From Candidatus Multivoradales bacterium (GTDB lineage: Bacteria; Acidobacteriota; Thermoanaerobaculia; Multivoradales; J023), in NCBI GenBank assembly GCA_965248925.1, contig CBDFLE010000006.1:2304001-2368000 (forward strand): a DNA stretch of 64,000 nucleotides. Reading direction: 5' to 3'. The first letter of the stretch is position 1, and each line of letters opens with the position of its first letter. A model generated the notes under the pieces. The model saw only the letters and a program-made list of their open reading frames with translations. It had not been told where the DNA came from and did not search any database. A program made the translations under genes and the position numbers. This document shows, piece after piece, positions 33,149-41,442 of this stretch.

Positions 33149-34750
33149 TCAATCCGCTACCGCTAACACCCTGAGCAAGAAACCACCCAACAGCAGGAAG
33201 GTCACCGCCGCACCGGTCTCCACCCAACGACTCTCCAAGCCGGCCCGCAGCAGGGCCGGAGTAGCTAGCACCACGGCCAACATCATCGCCCCCAAGGCGC
33301 CGGCTACCGTCCAACGATCACGGTGGCCCTCGGCCACAAGGCCGCGTTCGAGAGGCGGCTGAAAGCCTTCAGGACTCTCACTCAGGTCCAACAGCAGATC
33401 GATTTTCTGCGGTAGATCGAGCAACAAATCCGTACCCTGTTCGAGCATCGGCGCTAGCCGCCGCGGTGAGCTGAGGGTACGAAACTGGCTCCACCCGGCC
33501 AACCATTGCAAGCTGTTGAGCGCTTCGCCCAGAGTGTCTCGCTGCGGATCTAGTCGATGAGCCAAGCTCGCCGACTCCACCAGTCCGCGAAAGAAGACCC
33601 GCAGGTCGGCCCGACCGCGGTAGCCAGCTTCGCGCGCCAACCGCCAATGCAGCATCGCATGCTCGGCCAAGCTGTCGCCACGCCGCGACCACGCCCCATC
33701 ACGAAAAGGAACTGCTTGCCGCAGGCGCAAGCGCAGCTCGGCGGCGGTGCTCGTGCGGCGAGTCGCCACCATCTCGCGCAGCAAGTAGTTGGCGGCCCGC
33801 TCCGGCTGGTGCGCGGCGGCGGCCCGCAGGTAATTCCACAGCCGCACTTGCGAGGTCGCCGGCAGGCTGGCGAAGGTGCCATGACGAATTCCCCAGCGAC
33901 CGTCTGCCAGCACCACCCACTCGGCAGTGACCGGGAAGGCTCGCGCCACCAAAGCTAGTTGCAACCAAACCAGGCTCAAGCGGCGCGACAACTCAGCCTG
34001 CTCGGCAGCACCAAGGTCAGCTTGCGGGTCGTCCCATCGCCGGCCGGCGAGATAAGTCGTCGACAGCACTCGGCTCGAACATAGGGCTGGCAAGACAGCG
34101 GCCACCCGCACCAGGTCGGAGCCCTCGGTGGCGCTAGCCAGAACTTCCAGATGTTCGGCCTGGCGCGCCAGGTCGATCCGCGCTTCCAGGTGACAGCGGA
34201 AATCCTCGACCAGCCGAGAGAAATCAAGCTCCGCCGGCCAACGCACTCGCTCAAGCGGTGCCAACCGCTCGCCGAGAGCGGTCAGCTCGCTGTCGGCACC
34301 GGGACGCACCACCCGCAATACGACCGCGCTACCATCGGCCAACACCCCGCGGTGAGCCTGCAACAGCCAATCGCTGGCCACCGGGTCGGAATCGAGATCG
34401 GCAAAGGCCTCGGCCGCCGCCACTCCCAGCTCATCGCCGAGGCGCTCGCGAATGCTCGCCCAGGAAGCTGGCGGGCAATCCCCGCGAACCGCGCCCAAGC
34501 GCAGGCACTCGCGAGCCGAGAAGTAGTCACCGCGCGAGCCGAGATAGGCGGCAAAGGCCGCCAAGGGCCCACCAAACTCAGCCAACACCGTGGCCAATCC
34601 AGCGACCAAATCTTCTCTCGACAGCCCCTCGCTCGATCGCCGGAGCAGGCGCCGCGGACCGCGCGCCAAGCCCAGCTCGAGCAGCCGCCGCTGCAACTCC
34701 GAGACCCGCAGACGGCGGTGGTCTGAGAACCTGGCCCCGGCCCTGCTCAT
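33149..34750 (-). CDS. AarF/UbiB/ABC1-family pseudokinase, 2 C-terminal TMs
   Basis: ABC1 layout (ELG....F..D..PVAS...Q.H.G.L.DG..V..RV.RP) but KxGQ, HxD..N and DFG are absent. Confidence 0.8.
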   Translation of the reverse strand: MSRAGARFSDHRRLRVSELQRRLLELGLARGPRRLLRRSSEGLSREDLVAGLATVLAEFGGPLAAFAAYLGSRGDYFSARECLRLGAVRGDCPPASWASIRERLGDELGVAAAEAFADLDSDPVASDWLLQAHRGVLADGSAVVLRVVRPGADSELTALGERLAPLERVRWPAELDFSRLVEDFRCHLEARIDLARQAEHLEVLASATEGSDLVRVAAVLPALCSSRVLSTTYLAGRRWDDPQADLGAAEQAELSRRLSLVWLQLALVARAFPVTAEWVVLADGRWGIRHGTFASLPATSQVRLWNYLRAAAAHQPERAANYLLREMVATRRTSTAAELRLRLRQAVPFRDGAWSRRGDSLAEHAMLHWRLAREAGYRGRADLRVFFRGLVESASLAHRLDPQRDTLGEALNSLQWLAGWSQFRTLSSPRRLAPMLEQGTDLLLDLPQKIDLLLDLSESPEGFQPPLERGLVAEGHRDRWTVAGALGAMMLAVVLATPALLRAGLESRWVETGAAVTFLLLGGFLLRVLAVAD

Positions 34751-36045
34751 CGATCTTCCCCAGCCAACGTCGCGTAGCGGTCGGCAAGTTGGAGCTGGCC
34801 AGCGAGCGCCCGCTGACCGGGCTGACGGACGGCACGCTGCCAGAGGGCAGCCCGCGCGGCGTCGGCTGGCTGGTGGTCGAGAAAGGCGGCCAAATCGCTG
34901 TCCTCGGGGGTGATCTGCTGACGCATCACAAGCGACGCCAGCAGGCCCTCGTGGAAGGGGCCTTGGGCAAGCTGATCCTCCCCGTGGCAGAGCAATGCTT
35001 CTTCGAGCACCTGCGGTGTTCTTAAGTTGACCAAGGTGAAGGCATAACCGACCCCTGCCAGGGCGGCGGCGGTCTGGGTCCCCGCGGGAGATTCCTCTGC
35101 AACCATCGCCAACGCCTGGCCGAGAGAGCCGTAGCCCGGCACGAAGCTCACCGGCGCAAAGTAGATCGCGCGGCCAACTCCGTGCCAGAAGGTCTGCCGC
35201 AATCTCCCCTCGACGCGCTGTTCAAGCGCCCGATCAAGGCCTCCCAGGAGATCCGGGAAGAAGCAGCGAGCGACCAAACCCAGGGCCTCGAGAGCAGCTT
35301 CAAGATGGGCTTCGAGAGCACTCGCCTGACAAAGTCCCGCGAAGCGCTCGACAACGCTGGCGAACTCTGCCTGCGCCGAGTCTGGCCGCAAGTCAGCGAG
35401 CAAATGCTCAGCCACTGCCAGCCCAAGGCCGGCGTGAATGATCGGCAGCGTGTGGGCGGGCAGCAGATCGAGTTCAGCCGTGGCCAGCAGATCGGCGGTG
35501 GGACGGCGACAAGTCGCCGACTGGCGAACGCCCAGCAGCTCCACCTGGACAAAACCGTGGCTCAGCCCCTCGATCAACCACAGCGCCCGTCGGGGCGGCT
35601 GGCGGAGAGCGATCTCCACCCACCGCGGGAGACTAAAAGGCACCCCCCGCGGTGGCAGTCCGAGTTCGTCGGCAACCCCGCGCACCAACTTGAAGACTTC
35701 CACTTTGTTGCTCAGCTCGCGGCGCCGGGCGGCACCCACGGCGGCGGGACTAACGAAGCGCAGAGTGTCCAGCGAATGCCGCGCCAGCCGCTGCGCGCCT
35801 TGGCGCCAGGCCGCCGGATCCAGAGTATCCCAGGCCAATTCCAAACCCTCGTCCTGCAACGCCCCACCGGCCTGATATGCACCCTGCAACAAATCACCAA
35901 GCTGCCGCTGGGCTGTCCAGGTCAGCGCATCGAGCGACTCCCCAGGTGACATCGTCGCCGGCCGCAGCAGGCCGATAGCTCGCTCCGCGCCATAGAGCGA
36001 CGCCGCCCAGGAAAAACGCAGCATGGATTTGGCCAGGGTTTGCAC
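34747..36045 (-). CDS. DUF1702/UnbL-like helical protein (copy 1) with amphipathic N-domain
   Basis: ELSNK, ALW..EGL.H, IHAGLGLA.A, LEALG, FWHGVGRAIYFAP, TLVNL; N-terminus similar to 36063-36443. Family call is tentative. Confidence 0.68.
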   Translation of the reverse strand: MQTLAKSMLRFSWAASLYGAERAIGLLRPATMSPGESLDALTWTAQRQLGDLLQGAYQAGGALQDEGLELAWDTLDPAAWRQGAQRLARHSLDTLRFVSPAAVGAARRRELSNKVEVFKLVRGVADELGLPPRGVPFSLPRWVEIALRQPPRRALWLIEGLSHGFVQVELLGVRQSATCRRPTADLLATAELDLLPAHTLPIIHAGLGLAVAEHLLADLRPDSAQAEFASVVERFAGLCQASALEAHLEAALEALGLVARCFFPDLLGGLDRALEQRVEGRLRQTFWHGVGRAIYFAPVSFVPGYGSLGQALAMVAEESPAGTQTAAALAGVGYAFTLVNLRTPQVLEEALLCHGEDQLAQGPFHEGLLASLVMRQQITPEDSDLAAFLDHQPADAARAALWQRAVRQPGQRALAGQLQLADRYATLAGEDR

Positions 36046-36062
36046 AGCTCAGGATCCAGAAT

Positions 36063-36443
36063 CTAGCTGTCGGCGGCTGCAGCGACTGTTTCGCTCGCCG
36101 CCCCAACTTCGGCCTTGTTGCTCAGCGTACTCCAAGAACGATCCACGGTTTCCCAGCCACGTTTCATCGCCTCCCCCAGAACTTCACCGGGCTTCGACCA
36201 CTCGCCACTAGCCAGGTCGGTGAGGGCGTTGACCATCCCCCCTTGGAACTCGTCGCCCGCCCGGTAGACATTGCGCACCGTCTCGCCCATCTGGCCCTCG
36301 GCGGCGTGGCTGAGGGCATCGAAGGCCGAAGTGGACTTACCCCAGCCTTCACCCGGCAACAGCAGTTGACTCGCCTGGCGTAGGCCGAGCATCGACATCG
36401 CCCAGGAGAAGCGGAACATAGATTTGGTCAGATCGCGCATCAT
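36063..36443 (-). CDS. Small amphipathic helical protein
   Basis: AAGGA RBS; KSM.RFSWA.S..G motif shared with neighbouring proteins. Confidence 0.8.
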   Translation of the reverse strand: MMRDLTKSMFRFSWAMSMLGLRQASQLLLPGEGWGKSTSAFDALSHAAEGQMGETVRNVYRAGDEFQGGMVNALTDLASGEWSKPGEVLGEAMKRGWETVDRSWSTLSNKAEVGAASETVAAAADS

Positions 36444-36466
36444 TTTTTCCTTTCGTTGCTAGTTGA

Positions 36467-38188
36467 TCATCTCACCAACACCCACAGGCGGCACAATAAG
36501 ACCACCGCGGCAGCGCCGGCAAAGGTCAGCTGTGCGGTCCACAGATTAGCGCCCAGCGCTGGCGGCGGCGGGCTGAGGGTCAAGGCCAGGGTGGCCAGGA
36601 GCAGCGCCGCGACGAGCCCGGCCACCCGCCATCGCATCGCCGCCCGGTCGGCCGGGGGGCCTGGCTTGGCGCTCAGCGGCAGTTCACCGGCGGTCAGCCG
36701 GTCGAGCAAGCGGCTGGCGCGGCGCGGCCCATGCTCAAACAACTTGCCGCTAGCGGCGGAGAAGTCGAGCAGACGCTGGGCGGTAAAGCGCTCGCGGCGA
36801 CCCTGCCAAACCAGATATCGGGCACAAGACTTGGCCAAATAAGCACCCACCTCGAACGTCGGCTCGAAGCGAGTGATCAAGCCATCGATGGCAATCGCCG
36901 AACGGATGTACTTGACAATTGCCCGCTCCGGTAGCACACCGGTCTTGCGCGACAGGGTAAGCATCTCACCCATGATGCGGGTGAAGTTGGCGTGCAAGCG
37001 CTGCGCTTGGCCGCTGTCGGGCTGGTAGTCCTCGTACCAACCCGCGGCCAGCCGGTCGAGGCCGACGCGAAAACCCTGCAAGTCGGACTTCGGGCCAATG
37101 CTGGTGACTTGCAAGAAGTCATGGTTGAGGCGCTGCATATCGCCTTCGGCCAGGGCCAAGGTCATCGCCACCAGGTGGCGCCGAGAATAGCGACTCATCA
37201 GGCCGGTGATGCCAAAGTCGACATAGCCCACCACGTTGTGGTCGAGAATCAGCAGATTCGCCGGATGCAGGTCGGCATGGTAGATACCGTTCTCAAAAGC
37301 ATCGCCAAGAAAGTTGTCGATGATGTTGGCGGCAAAACGCACCGGCTCGAAGCCGCGCTGAGCCAAGCGCTCGGCCAGCAGCGAGTCTCCCCGTTCGCGG
37401 CCGCGCAGGTATTCGAGCAAGGTGACGCCGTTAAGAAACTCCATCACCAAGATGCGCCGGGTGGTGAACTCCTCCCACACTCGCGGCACATGTTGCACCG
37501 GGTTGTCAGCGGCGTGAATAGCCAACCTCTCAGCGTACCGCGCCTCATTGCGGAAATCGATCTCCTCTTCGGTCCAAGCAATGAATTCGCTGGTTGGTTC
37601 CACCAGCCAATACAGGGGTCGCAAGCGCAACCATTGAATCAGCCGCACCACCGCCACCATCAGGCGAATATCGCTGCCGAAGTCCTGCTCGACATCGGGT
37701 CGCTGGATTTTCACCGCTACTTTTTGGCCGTCCAACCAAGCCACATGGACCTGCCCCACGGAGGCGGTGGCCAGCGGCTGGCGGTCGAAATCAGTAAAAA
37801 CTTCTTCGAGGCCCCGACCGTGTTCGGCGCGGAAGATCTCGTCCGCCAGGGTAAAAGAAAAGGGCTCGATGCGATCAAGCAGATTAAACAGTGCATTGCA
37901 GTATTCGAGCGAGATGATGTCGGGCTGCAGGGCCAGCATCTGACCGAACTTGATAAAGGTGCCGCCGATATCCTCAAGCACTTGACGCAAGCGATCTGGA
38001 GGCGCCAGGTCGCCGGCGGGCAAGCGCCGCGCCAGTCTCGGCCAACGCTCGAGCCGCTGGCCCAGGCCCAGCGACAGACCATGCCGAGCCGCCACCGCAA
38101 CTATGCGCAACAAGCGGCGCCCGCTCGACAACAGCAAACTTCCCCAGCCCAGTCGATCCCAGACTAGCCGGCGCCAGAGGAACTTCAT
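36467..38188 (-). CDS. AarF/UbiB/ABC1-family atypical kinase
   Basis: IKFGQ, ATASVGQVH, VAVKIQRP, EIDFRNEA, YHADLHPAN, VDFG; 2 C-terminal TMs. Confidence 0.93.
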   Translation of the reverse strand: MKFLWRRLVWDRLGWGSLLLSSGRRLLRIVAVAARHGLSLGLGQRLERWPRLARRLPAGDLAPPDRLRQVLEDIGGTFIKFGQMLALQPDIISLEYCNALFNLLDRIEPFSFTLADEIFRAEHGRGLEEVFTDFDRQPLATASVGQVHVAWLDGQKVAVKIQRPDVEQDFGSDIRLMVAVVRLIQWLRLRPLYWLVEPTSEFIAWTEEEIDFRNEARYAERLAIHAADNPVQHVPRVWEEFTTRRILVMEFLNGVTLLEYLRGRERGDSLLAERLAQRGFEPVRFAANIIDNFLGDAFENGIYHADLHPANLLILDHNVVGYVDFGITGLMSRYSRRHLVAMTLALAEGDMQRLNHDFLQVTSIGPKSDLQGFRVGLDRLAAGWYEDYQPDSGQAQRLHANFTRIMGEMLTLSRKTGVLPERAIVKYIRSAIAIDGLITRFEPTFEVGAYLAKSCARYLVWQGRRERFTAQRLLDFSAASGKLFEHGPRRASRLLDRLTAGELPLSAKPGPPADRAAMRWRVAGLVAALLLATLALTLSPPPPALGANLWTAQLTFAGAAAVVLLCRLWVLVR

Positions 38189-39849
38189 TCAGCAGGCCCC
38201 GCGGAGTCCCAGAGATTGCCAAAGAAGATCGACCGACGTTGCTCCCTCATCTCGACCAAGGTGCTGGCGATACGCTCCTTGATCTGCCGGCCCACCGCCC
38301 GCACCACTGCCGGATCCTCGGCTGCTTCGGGGCCATATTGGAGTTCGACATGGACCGGTTCGAGAAATTGAGTATGCCACTTGGAAGGCAGCGGCACACT
38401 GCCCATGGTGGGCGTGATCGGCAAGAACGGCCATTCACTGAGACGTTTGAACCAGGCCCATTCGATGCGGCCGAAAATAGGAAAGATCTCCGCCGAACCA
38501 ACAGTCACGAAGGGCACGATCGGCACCTGATGGCGAAGCGCCATCTTGACGTACTCGTGACGCGCAAAACGGCGCAAGGTGTAAGCATCGCGATACATGC
38601 AGAAAGCACCGCGGATGCCCTCTGGGAAGACCCCGATCAGATGACCGCGAGAGAGCGCCCAATCAGCGTTGTCATGCGACGCATGGATGCCGCCGAGCTT
38701 GATGATGTAAGGCGCCAGGAAGGGGAACTTCGCCAACGCCGGGTGGATCAGAAAGCGCGGATAGCGCCCCAGCTGGCGCGCTAGCAGGTGTAGCAGCATC
38801 ACCGCATCCCAGGGCTGATGACCGCGGTGAACCCCCACCAACACCGCCGCTCCCTGCCGTGGTACATGCTTCAGACCCCGATGCTCGATGCGCCACCAGG
38901 CGTCGTGCAAGAAACGAAAGAGAGTGCGCCCGAGACGGTCGATGTAAACCCGGTCCATGCCAAAGGGGTCAAATTCGTCGTCTTGATGCGGAACAACAGT
39001 CGCCGGCAGAGATGTACCCTGAGACTTCGCCGCCGCCAAAGCGCGCAACGCGGCGGCGCTGGTGTATCGAGGCTCGAAGCCGAGCTGCTCAGCGATCTTG
39101 ACCGCTGACACCGTTGCTGGATAGCACCGGCCATCGAGCTGGCCCTTGGGCACTAGCCAGCGCACCAGCCAAGACGGCAGCGGCAAGCGGCGCACCCCCG
39201 CCAGAGCCAACGCGCGCCGCTGCGGCACCACCGCCGAGGGAGCAACATTCAACACGCCGAGCGGGCACTCCTCGAACACTCGCCGCAGAGCCGACGCCAG
39301 ATCATCCGGCGCCAGCACCTGCAGCGACGGATCGAAACCGATGGGCGTTACCGCCACCGCGCCACTGAACAGGCGACTCGCCCCATCCTCACCTCCCGGC
39401 ACCGCGGTAGGCGCCGCCCGCAGCACCGTCAGGCGCTTCTCGCCCACCACCTCGAGCGCCCGAGCCTCAAGCCGACGCCAGCTCGTGGCCATTGGATTTT
39501 CCTGCCGAGAAGTGCCACCGAAAACCTCGTCGACCATTCCAGGATGGTGGTGGCTCGACTGATGAATCGCACTGCTGGCCAGTACGATCAGCCGACATGC
39601 CGACAAGCGGCCGAGGTGATCGAGCAAACTGCCAGCCGCGGCCGCGGCGAGGTCTCCATCGGCATGCTGGGAGGCCGCCCAGACCACCGTATCGACCCCT
39701 TCGCCGGGAGCCAGAAGTTGGTCCAAAGAACGGTCGTCGAGAGACGCTCCGCTACAGCTGGCCACCGCTGGGCTAACGGCCAGAGCAGCCACCAAAAGCT
39801 CACGCAGGGGGGCATGGGGCGCGCAGACCAAGACCTTGGCAGACATCAC
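38185..39849 (-). CDS. Degenerate NAD-epimerase/SDR domain fused to a PlsC/LPLAT acyltransferase
   Basis: C-terminal DPFG.D, H(RGHQPW)D, VFPEG, VPIVP..VG.AE, PLPSKW. The N-terminal SDR-like part lacks GxxGxxG and YxxxK. Confidence 0.85.
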   Translation of the reverse strand: MMSAKVLVCAPHAPLRELLVAALAVSPAVASCSGASLDDRSLDQLLAPGEGVDTVVWAASQHADGDLAAAAAGSLLDHLGRLSACRLIVLASSAIHQSSHHHPGMVDEVFGGTSRQENPMATSWRRLEARALEVVGEKRLTVLRAAPTAVPGGEDGASRLFSGAVAVTPIGFDPSLQVLAPDDLASALRRVFEECPLGVLNVAPSAVVPQRRALALAGVRRLPLPSWLVRWLVPKGQLDGRCYPATVSAVKIAEQLGFEPRYTSAAALRALAAAKSQGTSLPATVVPHQDDEFDPFGMDRVYIDRLGRTLFRFLHDAWWRIEHRGLKHVPRQGAAVLVGVHRGHQPWDAVMLLHLLARQLGRYPRFLIHPALAKFPFLAPYIIKLGGIHASHDNADWALSRGHLIGVFPEGIRGAFCMYRDAYTLRRFARHEYVKMALRHQVPIVPFVTVGSAEIFPIFGRIEWAWFKRLSEWPFLPITPTMGSVPLPSKWHTQFLEPVHVELQYGPEAAEDPAVVRAVGRQIKERIASTLVEMREQRRSIFFGNLWDSAGPAE

Positions 39850-39894
39850 GATCCCCCTACACTAGCGCCATTTTTCAACTCCAGCCGCACCAGT

Positions 39895-41442
39895 TCACCA
39901 GCCGGCGGCTACCGCCGCTCGCCCGGCCACTTCGTCGAGCGGCCAGGGCACTGAAGAGGTCGCACCGGCGACCTCGGCGGCGACCTGTTGGGCGGAGACG
40001 ATCACCGGTGTAATGCCACCTCCCGGCCGGGTCCAATGGCCGACCAGATAGAGATTCTTGATCGGCGATTCGATTCCCGGCCGGCGGCTGCCGAGTTGAT
40101 CGGGCGACATTTCCCAACCCAGCATGGCGCCAAACTTATTGCCGGTAAATCGCCAAGAAGTCAGGGCTGAGGCACTCACTTGGACAACGATCTTGCGCGA
40201 GATCCCCGGCACCAGATCTTCGAGGTGCGAGACCACGTAGTCTTCCACCTCGCGCTTGTGCGCCGGCCAATCGGTGATCTCTCGGTAGTCGAGCTGCTGC
40301 ACTTTTTGCAGGATCACCACCTGCCCGCCAACCGGCGCCATCCGTGGCTCGTAGACCGTCGGCACGAAAACCTTGCAGCGCAAACCCCCGTCGCCCACTT
40401 GATCAGGGTCCCAGGAATTCCAGTAGTAACCCTGCACCGCCTCCAGCACCTCGGGTTCGATATCGCGCAAGCCGATGTGGGTTAAGAAGCAAGGAAAACT
40501 CGGACGCAGGGATCGCACTTGCTTCAGGTAAGCCGGGTCCAGCACCCCGGCGGGTAGCAACCGCTCTAGGGTTTGCAGCATGTCGGCGTTGGAAATCACC
40601 GTTCGCGCCAGTACCCGCCGCTGGCCCTGCAAAGGGCCGCGCAGAGTCTTCAACTCGACACCCTGAGCGCGGCCATCTCGCACCAAGATGTGCTCGGCGC
40701 GGGTACTCATCAGAATGTGGCCACCGCGAGCCTCGAAACAGCGCGCCAGCTCGTCGGCGAAAGCCTGCGATCCCAGTACCGGATAGTAGTTGCCGAGAAA
40801 GTAGGACAACCGCAACATCGAGTCGAAGACAAACGAAGTCCGGGCCGGCGGCGAACCCCAATGCGGACAATCAGCGGTCAACAGCAGCTTCAACTTCCGG
40901 TCGGTGAAATGCCGATCGAGCACCTGGCGCACAGAAAGATCTCGGTAACGCTCCAGACGCGGCGTCTCACGACCCCTGAAATAGGCCAGCAAGCCGAGTA
41001 AGTAGGCCTCGCGAACCTCGCTGAAAAATTTATCGAGGTTGGCCTGCTCGGCGGGGAATGCCTGCTTGACCATGGCCAGGTAGGTGTCGAAATCCCCCGG
41101 TACCTCGAACTTGCTGCCATCGGGAAAGTGAAAAGTATCGACCGGGTCCATTTTCACCCAGCCGGTCTCCACCCCGAGCTCGCCGAGCAACTTGCCAGTC
41201 AAGGTGAGGGGATTGCCCAGCAGCGGATAGAAGTGGGTAGCGGCATCAAAGGTGTAGCCCTTGCGCCGGAAGGTGCTGCAATAGCCACCCACCATGTAGT
41301 GCTGCTCGACCAGCAGCACTTTCAGACCTTCGCGGGCCAGCAAGTTGGCGGTGACCAAGCCGCCGACCCCGGCACCGATGATCACCGTGTCGTAGGCCGG
41401 CTCCGGGGCCTCGCGGCGCAGCCCTCTGAACAAGCGTTTCAC
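39895..41442 (-). CDS. Phytoene-desaturase / retinol-saturase family FAD oxidoreductase
   Basis: IGAGVGGL...VEQH..VGG....F.RKGY.FD; C-terminal LYLVG.WT.PGGG. Confidence 0.9.
   Translation of the reverse strand: MKRLFRGLRREAPEPAYDTVIIGAGVGGLVTANLLAREGLKVLLVEQHYMVGGYCSTFRRKGYTFDAATHFYPLLGNPLTLTGKLLGELGVETGWVKMDPVDTFHFPDGSKFEVPGDFDTYLAMVKQAFPAEQANLDKFFSEVREAYLLGLLAYFRGRETPRLERYRDLSVRQVLDRHFTDRKLKLLLTADCPHWGSPPARTSFVFDSMLRLSYFLGNYYPVLGSQAFADELARCFEARGGHILMSTRAEHILVRDGRAQGVELKTLRGPLQGQRRVLARTVISNADMLQTLERLLPAGVLDPAYLKQVRSLRPSFPCFLTHIGLRDIEPEVLEAVQGYYWNSWDPDQVGDGGLRCKVFVPTVYEPRMAPVGGQVVILQKVQQLDYREITDWPAHKREVEDYVVSHLEDLVPGISRKIVVQVSASALTSWRFTGNKFGAMLGWEMSPDQLGSRRPGIESPIKNLYLVGHWTRPGGGITPVIVSAQQVAAEVAGATSSVPWPLDEVAGRAAVAAGW

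Noticed and set aside
36992-38167. 391-aa + strand ORF (likewise 44100-45044 and 52703-53743)
   Set aside because: Fully antisense to well-supported genes.
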